NCBI GenBank assembly: GCA_032718475.1
Contig: JAUCBJ010001918.1
Span: 1-50,784 of the forward strand
From: Nemertoderma westbladi
Lineage: Eukaryota > Animalia > Xenacoelomorpha
Direction of reading: 5' to 3'
Length of the DNA stretch: 50,784 bases
Below, piece after piece: positions 23,592-38,500 of the stretch. Position numbers and translations under genes: made by a program. Every line of letters begins with the position of its first letter. Position 1 is the first letter of the stretch. Below the pieces are notes generated by a model, which had not been told where the DNA came from, made no database searches, and saw only the letters and a list, made by a program, of their open reading frames with translations.

Positions 23592-26500
23592 GGCTATTTT
23601 CTGCTGTTTGTCCTTTGGAATTGCTTTTACTCACCTTTCACTTGGCTGCTTTCTGCTGTTTGTCCGTTGGAATTGCTTTGACTCACCTTCCCTCTCGGCT
23701 GCTTTCTGCTGTTTGTCCTTTAGAATTGCTTTGACTCACCTCCGCACTCGGCTGCTTTCTGCTGTTTGTCCGTTGGAATTGCTTTGACTCACCTTTCACT
23801 TGGCTGCTTTCTGCTGTTTGTCCGTTGGAATTACTTTTACTCAGCTTTCCCTTGGCTGCTTTCTGCTGTTTGTCCGTTGGAATTGCTTTGACTCACCTTC
23901 CCTTTCGGCTGCTTTCTGCTGTTTGTCCGTTGGAATTGCTTTGAATCACCTTCCCTTTCGGCTGCTTTCTGCTGTTTGTCCGTTGGAATTGCTTTGACTC
24001 ACCTTTCCCTTGGCTGCTTTCTGCTGTTTGTCCTTTGGAATTGCTTTGACTCACCTTCCCTCTCGTCTACTTTCTTCTGTTTGTCCGTTGGAATTGCTTT
24101 GACCCACCTTCCCTCTCGGCGGCTTTATGCTGTTTGTCCGTTGGAATTGCTTTGACTCACCTTCCCTCTCGTCTACTTTCTTCTGTTTGTCCGTTGGAAT
24201 TGCTTTGACCCACCTTCCCCTTGGCTGCTTTCTGCTGTTTGTCCGTTGGAATTGCTTTGACTCACCTTCCCTCTCGTCTACTTTCTTCTGTTTGTCCGTT
24301 GGAATTGCTTTGACCCACCTTCCCTCTCGGCGGCTTTATGCTGTTTGTCCGTTGGAATTGCTTTGTCTCACCTTCCCTCTCGGCTGCTTTCTGCTGTTTG
24401 TCCGTTGGAATTGCTTTGACTCACCTTCCCTCTCGGCTGCTTTCTGCTGTTTGTCCGTTGGAATTGCTTTTACTCACCTTCCCTCTCGGCTGCTTTCTGC
24501 TGTTTGTCCGTTGGAATTGCTTTGAATCACCTTCCCTTTCGGCTGCTTTCTGCTGTTTGTCCTTTGGAATTGCTTTGACTCACCTTCCCTCTCGTCTACT
24601 TTCTGCTGTTTGTTCGTTGGAATTGCTTTGACTCACCTTTCCCTTGGCTGCTTTCTGCTGTTTGTCCGTTGGAATTGCTTTGTCTCACCTTCCCTCTCGG
24701 CTGCTTTCTGCTGTTTGTCCGTTGGAATTGCTTTGACTCACCTTCCCTCTCGTCTACTTTCTGCTGTTTGTTCGTTGGAATTGCTTTGACTCACCTTTCC
24801 CTTGGCTGCTTTCTGCTGTTTGTCCGTTGGAATTGCTTTGACTCACCTTCCCTCTCGTCTACTTTCTGCTGTTTGTCCGTTGGAATTGCTTTGTCTCACC
24901 TTCCCTCTCGGCTGCTTTCTGCTGTTTGTCCGTTGGAATTGCTTTGACTCACCTTCCCTCTCGTCTACTTTCTGCTGTTTGTCCGTTGGAATTGCTTTGA
25001 CTCACCTTCCCTCTCGTCTACTTTCTGCTGTTTGTCCGTTGGAATTGCTTTGACCCACCTTCCCCTTGGCTGCTTTCTGCTGTTTGTCCGTTGGAATTGC
25101 TTTGACTCACCATCCCTCTCGGCTGCTTTCTGCTGTTTGTCCGTTGGAATTGCTTTGACTCACCTTCCCTCTCGGCTGCTTTCTGCTGTTTGTCCGTTGG
25201 AATTGCTTTTACTCACCTTCCCTCTCGGCTGCTTTCTGCTGTTTGTCCGTTGGAATTGCTTTGACTCGCCTTTCCACTTGCCCACTTTCTGCTGTTTGTC
25301 CTTTGGAATTGCTTTGACTCACCTTCCCTCTCGTCTACTTTCTGCTGTTTGTTCGTTGGAATTGCTTTGACTCACCTTTCCCTTGGCTGCTTTCTGCTGT
25401 TTGTCCGTTGGAATTGCTTTGACTCACCTTCCCTCTCGGCTGCTTTCTGCTGTTTGTCCGTTGGAATTGCTTTGACTCACCTTCCCTCTCGTCTACTTTC
25501 TGCTGTTTGTCCGTTGGAATTGCTTCGACTCACCTTCCCCTCGGCTACTTTCTGCTGTTTGTCCGTTGGAATTGCTTTGACTCACCTTCCCTCTCGTCTA
25601 CTTTCTGCTGTTTGTCCGTTGGAATTGCTTTGACTCAGCTTTTCCTTGGCTGCTTTCTGCTGTTTGTCCTTTGGAATTGCTTTGACGCACCTTCCCTCTC
25701 GTCTACTTTCTGCTGTTTGTTCGTTGGAATTGCTTTGACTCACCTTCCCTCTCGTCTACTTTCTGCTGTTTGTCCGTTGGAATTGCTTTGACTCACCTTT
25801 CCCTTGGCTGCTTTCTGTTGTTTGTCCGTTGGAATTGCTTTGACTCACCTTCCCCTAGGCGGCTTTGTCCGTTGGAATTGCTTTGACTCACCTTCCCTCT
25901 CGTCTACTTTCTGCTGTTTGTCCGTTGGAATTGCTTTGACTCACCTTCCCTCTCGTCTACTTTCTGCTGTTTGTCCGTTGGAATTGCTTTGACTCACCTT
26001 TCCCTTGGCTGCTTTCTGTTGTTTGTCCGTTGGAATTGCTTTGACTCACCTTCCCCTAGGCGGCTTTGTCCGTTGGAATTGCTTTGACTCACCTTCCCTC
26101 TCGTCTACTTTCTGCTGTTTGTCCGTTGGAATTGCTTTGACTCAGCTTTTCCTTGGCTGCTTTCTGCTGTTTGTCCTTTGGAATTGCTTTGACTCACCTT
26201 CCCTCTCGTCTACTTTCTGCTGTTTGTTCGTTGGAATTGCTTTGACTCACCTTCCCTCTCGTCTACTTTCTGCTGTTTGTCCGTTGGAATTGCTTTGACT
26301 CACCTTTCCCTTGGCTGCTTTCTGTTGTTTGTCCGTTGGAATTGCTTTGACTCACCTTCCCCTAGGCGGCTTTGTCCGTTGGAATTGCTTTGACTCACCT
26401 TCCCTCTCGTCTACTTTCTGCTGTTTGTCCGTTGGAATTGCCTACTTTCTGCTGTTTGTCCGTTGGAATTGCTTTGACTCACCTTCCCTTTCGGCTGCTT

Positions 26501-29500
26501 TCTGCTGTTTGTCCGTTGGAATTGCTTTGACTCAGCTTTTCCTTGGCTGCTTTCTGCTGTTTGTACGTTGGAATTGCTTTGACTCACCTTTCCCTTGGCT
26601 GCTTTCTGCTGTTTGTCCTTTGGAATTGCTTTGACTCACCTTCCCTCTCGTCTACTTTCTGCTGTTTGTCCCTTCCCTCTCGTCTACTTTCTGCTGTTTG
26701 TCCGTTGGAATTGCTTTGACTCACCTTTCCCTTGGCTGCTTTCTGTTGTTTGTCCGTTGGAATTGCTTTGACTCACCTTCCCCTAGGCGGCTTTGTCCGT
26801 TGGAATTGCTTTGACTCACCTTCCCTCTCGTCTACTTTCTGCTGTTTGTCCGTTGGAATTGCTTTGACTCAGCTTTTCCTTGGCTGCTTTCTGCTGTTTG
26901 TCCGTTGAAATTACTTTGACTCACCTTTCCCTTGGCTGCTTTCTGTTGTTTGTCCGTTGGAATTGTTTTGACTCACCTTCCCCTAGGCGGCTTTGTCCGT
27001 TGGAATTGCTTTGACTCACCTTTCCCTTGGTTGCTTTCTGCTGTTTGTCCGTTGGAATTGCTTTGACTCACCTTTCCCTTGGCTGCTTTCTGCTGTTTGT
27101 CCTTTAGAATTGCTTTGACTCACCTTCCCTCTCGTCTACTTTCAGATGTTTGTCCGTTGGAATTGCTTTGACTCACCTTCCCACTCGGCTGCTTTCTGCT
27201 GTTTGTCCGTTGGAATTGCTTTGATTCACCTTCCCTCTCGGCGGCTTTATGCTGTTTGTCCGTTGGAATTGCTTTGACTCACCTTCCCTCTCGGCTGCTT
27301 TCTGCTGTTTGTCCGTTGGAATTGCTTTGACTCGCCTTTCCACTTGCCCACTTTCTGCTGTTTGTCCGTTGGAATTGCTTTGACTCACCTTCCCTCTCGT
27401 CTACTTTCTTCTGTTTGTCCGTTGGAATTGCTTTGACCCACCTTCCCTCTCGGCGGCTTTATGCTGTTTGTCCGTTGGAATTGCTTTGACTCACCTTCCC
27501 TCTCGTCTACTTTCTTCTGTTTGTCCGTTGGAATTGCTTCGACTCACCTTCCCCTTGGCTGCTTTCTGCTGTTTGTCCATTGGAATTGCTTTGACTCACC
27601 TTCCCCTAGGCAGCTTTGTCCGTTGGAATTGCTTTGACTCACCTTCCCTCTCGTCTACTTTCTTCTGTTTGTCCGTTGGAATTGCTTTGACTCGCCTTTC
27701 CACTTGCCCACTTTCTGCTGTTTGTCCGTTGGAATTGCTTTGACTCACCTTCCCTCTCGTCTACTTTCTTCTGTTTGTCCGTTGGAATTGCTTTGACCCA
27801 CCTTCCCTCTCGGCGGCTTTATGCTGTTTGTCCGTTGGAATTGCTTTGACTCACCTTCCCTCTCGTCTACTTTCTTCTGTTTGTCCGTTGGAATTGCTTT
27901 GCCTCACCTTTCCTCTCGTCTACTTTCTGCTGTTTGTCCGTTGGAATTCCATTGACTCACCTTCCCCTAGGCAGCTTTGTCCGTAGGAATTGCTTTGACT
28001 CACCTTCCTTCTCGTCTACGTTCTGCTGTTTGTCCGTTGGAATTGCTTTGACTCACCTTTCCCTTGGCTGCTTTCTGCTGTTTGTCCGTTGGAATTGCTT
28101 TGACTCACCTTTCCTCTCGTCTACTTTCTGCTGTTTGTCCGTTGGAATTCCATTGACTCACCTTCCCCTAGGCAGCTTTGTCCGTTGGAATTGCTTTGAC
28201 TCACCTTTCCCTTGGCTGCTTTCTGTTGTTTGTCCGTTGGAATTGCTTTGACTCGCCTTTCCCTTGGCTGCTTTATGTTGTTTGTCCGTAGGAATTGCTT
28301 TGACTCACCTTTCCCTTGGCTGCTTTCTGTTGTTTGTCCGTAGGAATTGCTTTGACTCACCTTTCCCTTGGCTGCTTTCTGCTGTTTGTCCGTTGGAATT
28401 GCTTTGACTCACCTTCCCTCTCGGCTGCTTTATGCTGTTTGTCCGTTGGAATTGCTTTGACTCACCTTCCCACTCGGCTGCTTTCTGCTGTTTGTCCGTT
28501 GGAATTGCTTTGATTCACCTTCCCCTTGGTTGCTTTCTGCTGTTTGTCCTTTGGAATTGCTTTTACTCACCTTTCCCTTGGCTGCTTTCTGCTGTTTGTC
28601 CGTTGGAATTGCTTTGACTCACCTTCCCTCTCGGCTGCTTTATGCTGTTTGTCCGTTGGAATTGCTTTGACTCACCTTTCCCTTGGCTGCTTTCTGCTGT
28701 TTGTCCGTTGAAATTGCTTTTACTCACCTTTCACTTGGCTGCTTTCTGCTGTTTGTCCGTTGGAATTGCTTTGACTCACCTTCCCCCTCGGCTGCTTTCT
28801 GCTGTTTGTCCGTTGGAATTGCTTTGACTCACCTTCCCTCTCGGCGGCTTTATGCTGTTTGTCCGTTGGAATTGCTTTTACTCACCTTCCCCCTCGGCTG
28901 CTTTTTGCTGTTTGTCCTTTGGAATTGCTTTGACTCACCTTCCCACTCGGCTGCTTTCTGCTGTTTGTCCGTTGGAATTGCTTTGATTCACCTTCCCTCT
29001 CGGCGGCTTTATGCTGTTTGTCCGTTGGAATTGCTTTGACTCACCTTCCCTCTCGGCTGCTTTCTGCTGTTTGTCCGTTGGAATTGCTTTGACTCGCCTT
29101 TCCACTTGCCCACTTTCTGCTGTTTGTCCGTTGGAATTGCTTTGACCCACCTTCCCTCTCGGCGGCTTTATGCTGTTTGTCCGTTGGAATTGCTTTGACT
29201 CACCTTCCCTCTCGTCTACTTTCTTCTGTTTGTCCGTTGGAATTGCTTCGACTCACCTTCCCCTTGGCTGCTTTCTGCTGTTTGTCCATTGGAATTGCTT
29301 TGACTCACCTTCCCCTAGGCAGCTTTGTCCGTTGGAATTGCTTTGACTCACCTTTCCCTTGGCTGCTTTCTGCTGTTTGTCCGTTGGAATTGCTTTGACT
29401 CACCTTCCCCTAGGCAGCTTTGTCCGTTGGAATTGCTTTGACTCACCTTTCCCTTGGCTGCTTTCTGTTGTTTGTCCGTTGGAATTGCTTTGACTCGCCT

Positions 29501-32500
29501 TTCCCTTGGCTGCTTTCTGTTGTTTGTCCGTTGGAATTGCTTTGACTCACCTTTCCCTTGGCTGCTTTCTGTTGTTTGTCCGTTGGAATTGCTTTGACTC
29601 ACCTTTCCTCTCGTCTACTTTCTGCTGTTTGTCCGTTGGAATTCCATTGACTCACCTTCCCCTAGGCAGCTTTGTCCGTTGGAATTGCTTTGACTCACCT
29701 TTCCCTTGGCTGCTTTCTGTTGTTTGTCCGTTGGAATTGCTTTGACTCGCCTTTCCCTTGGCTGCTTTCTGTTGTTTGTCCGTTGGAATTGCTTTGACTC
29801 ACCTTTCCCTTGGCTGCTTTCTGTTGTTTGTCCGTTGGAATTGCTTTGACTCACCTTTCCTCTCGTCTACTTTCTGCTGTTTGTCCGTTGGAATTCCATT
29901 GACTCACCTTCCCCTAGGCAGCTTTGTCCGTTGGAATTGCTTTGACTCACCTTCCCCCTCGGCTGCTTTCTGCTGTTTGTCCTTTGGAATTGCTTTGACT
30001 CACCTTCCCACTCGGCTGCTTTCTGCTGTTTGTCCGTTGGAATTGCTTTGATTCACCTTCCCCCTCGGCTGCTTTCTGCTGTTTGTCCTTTGGAATTGCT
30101 TTGACTCACCTTCCCACTCGGCTGCTTTCTGCTGTTTGTCCGTTGGAATTGCTTTTACTCACCTCTCACTTGGCTGCTTTCTGCTGTTTGTCCGTTGGAA
30201 TTGCTTTGACTCACCTTCCCTCTCGGCTGCTTTCTGCTGTTTGTCCGTAGGAATTGCTTTGACTCACCTTCCCACTCGGCTGCTTTCTGCTGTTTGTCCG
30301 TTGGAATTGCTTTTACTCACCTCTCACTTGGCTGCTTTCTGCTGTTTGTCCGTTGGAATTGCTTTGACTCACCTTCCCTCTCGGCTGCTTTCTGCTGTTT
30401 GTCCGTTGGAATTGCTTTGGCCCACCTTCCCTCTCGGCTGCTTTCTGCTGTTTGTCCGTTGGAATTGCTTTGACTCACCTTCCCTCTCGGCTGCTTTCTG
30501 CTGTTTGTCCGTAGGAATTGCTTTGACTCACCTTTCCCTTGGCTGCTTTCTGCTGTTTGTCCGTAGGAATTGCTTTGACTCACCTTCCCCTTGGCTGCTT
30601 TCTGCTGTTTGTCCGTTGGAATTGCTTTGAATCACCTTCCCTTTCGGCTGCTTTCTGCTGTTTGTCCGTTGGAATTGCTTTGATTCACCTTCCCCTTGGC
30701 TGCTTTCTGCTGTTTGTCCGTAGGAATTGCTTTGACTCACCTTTCACTCGGCTGCTTTCTGCTGTTTGTCCGTTGGAATTGCTTTTACTCACCTCTCACT
30801 TGGCTGCTTTCTGCTGTTTGTCCGTTGGAATTGCTTTGACTCACCTTCCCTCTCGGCTGCTTTCTGCTGTTTGTCCGTTGGAATTGCTTTGGCCCACCTT
30901 CCCTCTCGGCTGCTTTCTGCTGTTTGTCCGTTGGAATTGCTTTGACTCACCTTCCCTCTCGGCTGCTTTCTGCTGTTTGTCCGTAGGAATTGCTTTGACT
31001 CACCTTTCCCTTGGCTGCTTTCTGCTGTTTGTCCGTAGGAATTGCTTTGACTCACCTTCTCCTTGGCTGCTTTCTGCTGTTTGTCCGTTGGAATTGCTTT
31101 GAATCACCTTCCCTTTCGGCTGCTTTCTGCTGTTTGTCCGTTGGAATTGCTTTGATTCACCTTCCCCTTGGCTGCTTTCTGCTGTTTGTCCGTAGGAATT
31201 GCTTTGACTCACCTTCCCCTTGGCTGCTTTCTGCTGTTTGTCCGTTGGAATTGCTTTGACTCACCATCCCTCTCGGCTGCTTTCTGCTGTTTGTCCGTTG
31301 GAATTGCTTTGACTCACCTTTCCACTTGCCCACTTTCTGCTGTTTGTCCGTTGGAATTGCTTTGAATCAACTTCCCTTTCGGCTGCTTTCTGCTGTTTGT
31401 CCGTTGGAATTGCTTTGACTCACCTTTACACTTGCCCACTTTCTGCTGTTTGTCCGTTGGAATTGCTTTGACTCACCTCCCCTCTCGTCTACTTTCTTCT
31501 GTTTGTCCGTTGGAATTGCTTCGACTCACCTTCCCCTCGGCTACTTTCTGCTGTTTGTCCGTTGGAATTGCTTTGACTCACCTTCCCTCTCGGCTGCTTT
31601 ATGCTGTTTGTCCGTTGGAATTGCTTTGACTCACCTTTCCACTTGCCCACTTTCTGCTGTTTGTCCGTTGGAATTGCTTTGACTCACCTTCCCTCTCGGC
31701 TGCTTTATGCTGTTTGTCCGTTGGAATTGCTTTGACTCACCTTTCCACTTGCCCACTTTCTGCTGTTTGTCCGTTGGAATTGCTTTGACTCACCTTCCCT
31801 CTCGGCTGCTTTATGCTGTTTGTCCGTTGGAATTGCTTTGACTCACCTTTCCACTTGCCCACTTTCTGTTGTTTGTCCGTAGGAATTGCTTTGACTCACC
31901 TTTCCCTTGGCTGCTTTCTGCTGTTTGTCCGTTGGAATTGCTTTGACTCACCTTCCCTCTCGTCTACTTTCTTCTGTTTGTCCGTTGGAATTGCTTTGAC
32001 TCACCTCCCCTCTCGTCTACTTTCTTCTGTTTGTCCGTTGGAATTGCTTCGACTCACCTTCCCCTCGGCTACTTTCTGCTGTTTGTCCGTTGGAATTGCT
32101 TTGACTCAGCTTTTCCTTGGCTGCTTTCTGCTGTTTGTCCGTTGGAATTGCTTTGACTCACCTTTCCCTTGGCTGCTTTCTGCTGTTTGTCCATTGGAAT
32201 TGCTTTGACTCACCTTCCCCTAGGCGGCTTTGTCCGTTGGAATTGCTTTGACTCACCTTTCCCTTGGCTGATTTCTGCTGTTTGTCCGTTGGAATTGCTT
32301 TGACTCACCTTTCCCTTGGCTGCTTTCTGCTGTTTGTCCGTTGGAATTCCTTTGACTCACCTTTCCCTTGGCTGCTTTCTGTTGTTTGTCCGTAGGAATT
32401 GCTTTGACTCACCTTTCCCTTGGCTGCTTTCTGTTGTTTGTCCGTAGGAATTGCTTTGACTCGCCTTTCCCTTGGCTGCTTTCTGTTGTTTGTCCGTAGG

Positions 32501-35500
32501 AATTGCTTTGACTCACCTTCCTTCTCGTCTACGTTCTGTTGTTTGTCCGTAGGAATTGCTTTGACTCGCCTTTCCCTTGGCTGCTTTCTGTTGTTTGTCC
32601 GTAGGAATTGCTTTGACTCACCTTCCTTCTCGTCTACGTTCTGTTGTTTGTCCGTTGGAATTGCTTTTACTCACCTTTCCCTTGGCTGCTTTCTGTTGTT
32701 TGTCCGTAGGAATTGCTTTGACTCACCTTCCTTCTCGTCTACGTTCTGTTGTTTGTCCGTTGGAATTGCTTTGATTCACCTTTCACTTGGCTGCTTTCTG
32801 TTGTTTGTCCGTTGGAATTGCTTTGACTCACCTTCCCCTTGGCTGCTTTCTGCTGTTTGTCCGTTGGAATTGCTTTGACTCACCTTTCCACTTGGCTGCT
32901 TTCTGTTGTTTGTCCGTTGGAATTGCTTTTACTCACCTTTCCCTTGGCTGCTTTCTGTTGTTTGTCCGTAGGAATTGCTTTGACTCACCTTTCCCTTGGC
33001 TGCTTTCTGTTGTTTGTCCGTAGGAATTGCTTTGACTCACCTTTCCCTTGGCTGCTTTCTGCTGTTTGTCCGTAGGAATTGCTTTGACTCACCTTCCCCT
33101 TGGCTGCTTTCTGCTGTTTGTCCGTTGGAATTGCTTTGACTCACCTTTCCACTTGGCTGCTTTCTGCTGTTTGTCCGTTGGAATTGCTTTGACTCACCTT
33201 TCCCTTGGCTGCTTTCTGTTGTTTGTCCGTAGGAATTGCTTTGACTCACCTTTCCCTTGGCTGCTTTCTGCTGTTTGTCCGTAGGAATTGCTTTGACTCA
33301 CCTTCCCCTTGGCTGCTTTCTGCTGTTTGTCCGTTGGAATTGCTTTGACTCACCTTCCCACTCGGCTGCTTTCTGTTGTTTGTCCGTTGGAATTGCTTTG
33401 ACTCACCTTCCTTCTCGTCTACGTTCTGTTGTTTGTCCGTAGGAATTGCTTTGACTCGCCTTTCCCTTGGCTGCTTTCTGTTGTTTGTCCGTAGGAATTG
33501 CTTTGACTCACCTTCCTTCTCGTCTACGTTCTGTTGTTTGTCCGTTGGAATTGCTTTTACTCACCTTTCCCTTGGCTGCTTTCTGTTGTTTGTCCGTAGG
33601 AATTGCTTTGACTCACCTTTCCCTTGGCTGCTTTCTGTTGTTTGTCCGTAGGAATTGCTTTGACTCACCTTTCCCTTGGCTGCTTTCTGCTGTTTGTCCG
33701 TAGGAATTGCTTTGACTCACCTTCCCCTTGGCTGCTTTCTGCTGTTTGTCCGTTGGAATTGCTTTGACTCACCTTTCCACTTGGCTGCTTTCTGCTGTTT
33801 GTCCGTTGGAATTGCTTTGACTCACCTTTCCCTTGGCTGCTTTCTGTTGTTTGTCCGTAGGAATTGCTTTGACTCACCTTCCTTCTCGTCTACGTTCTGC
33901 TGTTTGTCCGTTGGAATTGCTTTGACTCACCTTTCCCTTGGCTGCTTTCTGTTGTTTGTCCGTAGGAATTGCTTTGACTCACCTTTCCCTTGGCTGCTTT
34001 CTGTTGTTTGTCCGTAGGAATTGCTTTGACTCACCTTTCCCTTGGCTGCTTTCTGCTGTTTGTCCGTAGGAATTGCTTTGACTCACCTTTCCCTTGGCTG
34101 CTTTCTGCTGTTTGTCCGTTGGAATTGCTTTGACTCACCTTCCCACTCGGCTGCTTTCTGCTGTTTGTCCGTTGGAATTGCTTTGACTCACCTTCCCACT
34201 CGGCTGCTTTCTGCTGTTTGTCCGTAGGAATTGCTTTGACTCACCTTCCTTCTCGTCTACGTTCTGCTGTTTGTCCGTTGGAATTGCTTTGACTCACCTT
34301 TCCCTTGGCTGCTTTCTGCTGTTTGTCCGTTGGAATTGCTTTGACTCACCTTCCCACTCGGCTGCTTTCTGCTGTTTGTCCGTAGGAATTGCTTTGACTC
34401 ACCTTTCCCTTGGCTGCTTTCTGCTGTTTGTCCGTTGGAATTGCTTTGACTCACCTTCCCACTCGGCTGCTTTCTGCTGTTTGTCCGTTGGAATTGCTTT
34501 GACTCACCTTTCCCTTGGCTGCTTTCTGTTGTTTGTCCGTAGGAATTGCTTTGACTCACCTTTCCCTTGGCTGCTTTCTGCTGTTTGTCCGTAGGAATTG
34601 CTTTGACTCACCTTTCCCTTGGCTGCTTTCTGCTGTTTGTCCGTAGGAATTGCTTTGACTCACCTTTCCCTTGGCTGCTTTCTGCTGTTTGTCCGTTGGA
34701 ATTGCTTTGACTCACCTTCCCACTCGGCTGCTTTCTGCTGTTTGTCCGTTGGAATTGCTTTGACTCACCTTCCCTCTCGGCTGCTTTCTGCTGTTTGTCC
34801 GTAGGAATTGCTTTGACTCACCTTCCCACTCGGCTGCTTTCTGCTGTTTGTCCGTTGGAATTGCTTTTACTCACCTCTCACTTGGCTGCTTTCTGCTGTT
34901 TGTCCGTTGGAATTGCTTTGACTCACCTTCCCTCTCGGCTGCTTTCTGCTGTTTGTCCGTTGGAATTGCTTTGGCCCACCTTCCCTCTCGGCTGCTTTCT
35001 GCTGTTTGTCCGTTGGAATTGCTTTGACTCACCTTCCCTCTCGGCTGCTTTCTGCTGTTTGTCCGTAGGAATTGCTTTGACTCACCTTTCCCTTGGCTGC
35101 TTTCTGCTGTTTGTCCGTAGGAATTGCTTTGACTCACCTTCCCCTTGGCTGCTTTCTGCTGTTTGTCCGTTGGAATTGCTTTGAATCACCTTCCCTTTCG
35201 GCTGCTTTCTGCTGTTTGTCCGTTGGAATTGCTTTGATTCACCTTCCCCTTGGCTGCTTTCTGCTGTTTGTCCGTAGGAATTGCTTTGACTCACCTTTCA
35301 CTCGGCTGCTTTCTGCTGTTTGTCCGTTGGAATTGCTTTTACTCACCTCTCACTTGGCTGCTTTCTGCTGTTTGTCCGTTGGAATTGCTTTGACTCACCT
35401 TCCCTCTCGGCTGCTTTCTGCTGTTTGTCCGTTGGAATTGCTTTGGCCCACCTTCCCTCTCGGCTGCTTTCTGCTGTTTGTCCGTTGGAATTGCTTTGAC

Positions 35501-38500
35501 TCACCTTCCCTCTCGGCTGCTTTCTGCTGTTTGTCCGTAGGAATTGCTTTGACTCACCTTTCCCTTGGCTGCTTTCTGCTGTTTGTCCGTAGGAATTGCT
35601 TTGACTCACCTTCTCCTTGGCTGCTTTCTGCTGTTTGTCCGTTGGAATTGCTTTGAATCACCTTCCCTTTCGGCTGCTTTCTGCTGTTTGTCCGTTGGAA
35701 TTGCTTTGATTCACCTTCCCCTTGGCTGCTTTCTGCTGTTTGTCCGTAGGAATTGCTTTGACTCACCTTCCCCTTGGCTGCTTTCTGCTGTTTGTCCGTT
35801 GGAATTGCTTTGACTCACCATCCCTCTCGGCTGCTTTCTGCTGTTTGTCCGTTGGAATTGCTTTGACTCACCTTTCCACTTGCCCACTTTCTGCTGTTTG
35901 TCCGTTGGAATTGCTTTGAATCAACTTCCCTTTCGGCTGCTTTCTGCTGTTTGTCCGTTGGAATTGCTTTGACTCACCTTTACACTTGCCCACTTTCTGC
36001 TGTTTGTCCGTTGGAATTGCTTTGACTCACCTCCCCTCTCGTCTACTTTCTTCTGTTTGTCCGTTGGAATTGCTTCGACTCACCTTCCCCTCGGCTACTT
36101 TCTGCTGTTTGTCCGTTGGAATTGCTTTGACTCACCTTCCCTCTCGGCTGCTTTATGCTGTTTGTCCGTTGGAATTGCTTTGACTCACCTTTCCACTTGC
36201 CCACTTTCTGCTGTTTGTCCGTTGGAATTGCTTTGACTCACCTTCCCTCTCGGCTGCTTTATGCTGTTTGTCCGTTGGAATTGCTTTGACTCACCTTTCC
36301 ACTTGCCCACTTTCTGCTGTTTGTCCGTTGGAATTGCTTTGACTCACCTTCCCTCTCGGCTGCTTTATGCTGTTTGTCCGTTGGAATTGCTTTGACTCAC
36401 CTTTCCACTTGCCCACTTTCTGTTGTTTGTCCGTAGGAATTGCTTTGACTCACCTTTCCCTTGGCTGCTTTCTGCTGTTTGTCCGTTGGAATTGCTTTGA
36501 CTCACCTTCCCTCTCGTCTACTTTCTTCTGTTTGTCCGTTGGAATTGCTTTGACTCACCTCCCCTCTCGTCTACTTTCTTCTGTTTGTCCGTTGGAATTG
36601 CTTCGACTCACCTTCCCCTCGGCTACTTTCTGCTGTTTGTCCGTTGGAATTGCTTTGACTCAGCTTTTCCTTGGCTGCTTTCTGCTGTTTGTCCGTTGGA
36701 ATTGCTTTGACTCACCTTTCCCTTGGCTGCTTTCTGCTGTTTGTCCATTGGAATTGCTTTGACTCACCTTCCCCTAGGCGGCTTTGTCCGTTGGAATTGC
36801 TTTGACTCACCTTTCCCTTGGCTGATTTCTGCTGTTTGTCCGTTGGAATTGCTTTGACTCACCTTTCCCTTGGCTGCTTTCTGCTGTTTGTCCGTTGGAA
36901 TTCCTTTGACTCACCTTTCCCTTGGCTGCTTTCTGTTGTTTGTCCGTAGGAATTGCTTTGACTCACCTTTCCCTTGGCTGCTTTCTGTTGTTTGTCCGTA
37001 GGAATTGCTTTGACTCGCCTTTCCCTTGGCTGCTTTCTGTTGTTTGTCCGTAGGAATTGCTTTGACTCACCTTCCTTCTCGTCTACGTTCTGTTGTTTGT
37101 CCGTAGGAATTGCTTTGACTCGCCTTTCCCTTGGCTGCTTTCTGTTGTTTGTCCGTAGGAATTGCTTTGACTCACCTTCCTTCTCGTCTACGTTCTGTTG
37201 TTTGTCCGTTGGAATTGCTTTTACTCACCTTTCCCTTGGCTGCTTTCTGTTGTTTGTCCGTAGGAATTGCTTTGACTCACCTTCCTTCTCGTCTACGTTC
37301 TGTTGTTTGTCCGTTGGAATTGCTTTGATTCACCTTTCACTTGGCTGCTTTCTGTTGTTTGTCCGTTGGAATTGCTTTGACTCACCTTCCCCTTGGCTGC
37401 TTTCTGCTGTTTGTCCGTTGGAATTGCTTTGACTCACCTTTCCACTTGGCTGCTTTCTGTTGTTTGTCCGTTGGAATTGCTTTTACTCACCTTTCCCTTG
37501 GCTGCTTTCTGTTGTTTGTCCGTAGGAATTGCTTTGACTCACCTTTCCCTTGGCTGCTTTCTGTTGTTTGTCCGTAGGAATTGCTTTGACTCACCTTTCC
37601 CTTGGCTGCTTTCTGCTGTTTGTCCGTAGGAATTGCTTTGACTCACCTTCCCCTTGGCTGCTTTCTGCTGTTTGTCCGTTGGAATTGCTTTGACTCACCT
37701 TTCCACTTGGCTGCTTTCTGCTGTTTGTCCGTTGGAATTGCTTTGACTCACCTTTCCCTTGGCTGCTTTCTGTTGTTTGTCCGTAGGAATTGCTTTGACT
37801 CACCTTTCCCTTGGCTGCTTTCTGCTGTTTGTCCGTAGGAATTGCTTTGACTCACCTTCCCCTTGGCTGCTTTCTGCTGTTTGTCCGTTGGAATTGCTTT
37901 GACTCACCTTCCCACTCGGCTGCTTTCTGTTGTTTGTCCGTTGGAATTGCTTTGACTCACCTTCCTTCTCGTCTACGTTCTGTTGTTTGTCCGTAGGAAT
38001 TGCTTTGACTCGCCTTTCCCTTGGCTGCTTTCTGTTGTTTGTCCGTAGGAATTGCTTTGACTCACCTTCCTTCTCGTCTACGTTCTGTTGTTTGTCCGTT
38101 GGAATTGCTTTTACTCACCTTTCCCTTGGCTGCTTTCTGTTGTTTGTCCGTAGGAATTGCTTTGACTCACCTTTCCCTTGGCTGCTTTCTGTTGTTTGTC
38201 CGTAGGAATTGCTTTGACTCACCTTTCCCTTGGCTGCTTTCTGCTGTTTGTCCGTAGGAATTGCTTTGACTCACCTTCCCCTTGGCTGCTTTCTGCTGTT
38301 TGTCCGTTGGAATTGCTTTGACTCACCTTTCCACTTGGCTGCTTTCTGCTGTTTGTCCGTTGGAATTGCTTTGACTCACCTTTCCCTTGGCTGCTTTCTG
38401 TTGTTTGTCCGTAGGAATTGCTTTGACTCACCTTCCTTCTCGTCTACGTTCTGCTGTTTGTCCGTTGGAATTGCTTTGACTCACCTTTCCCTTGGCTGCT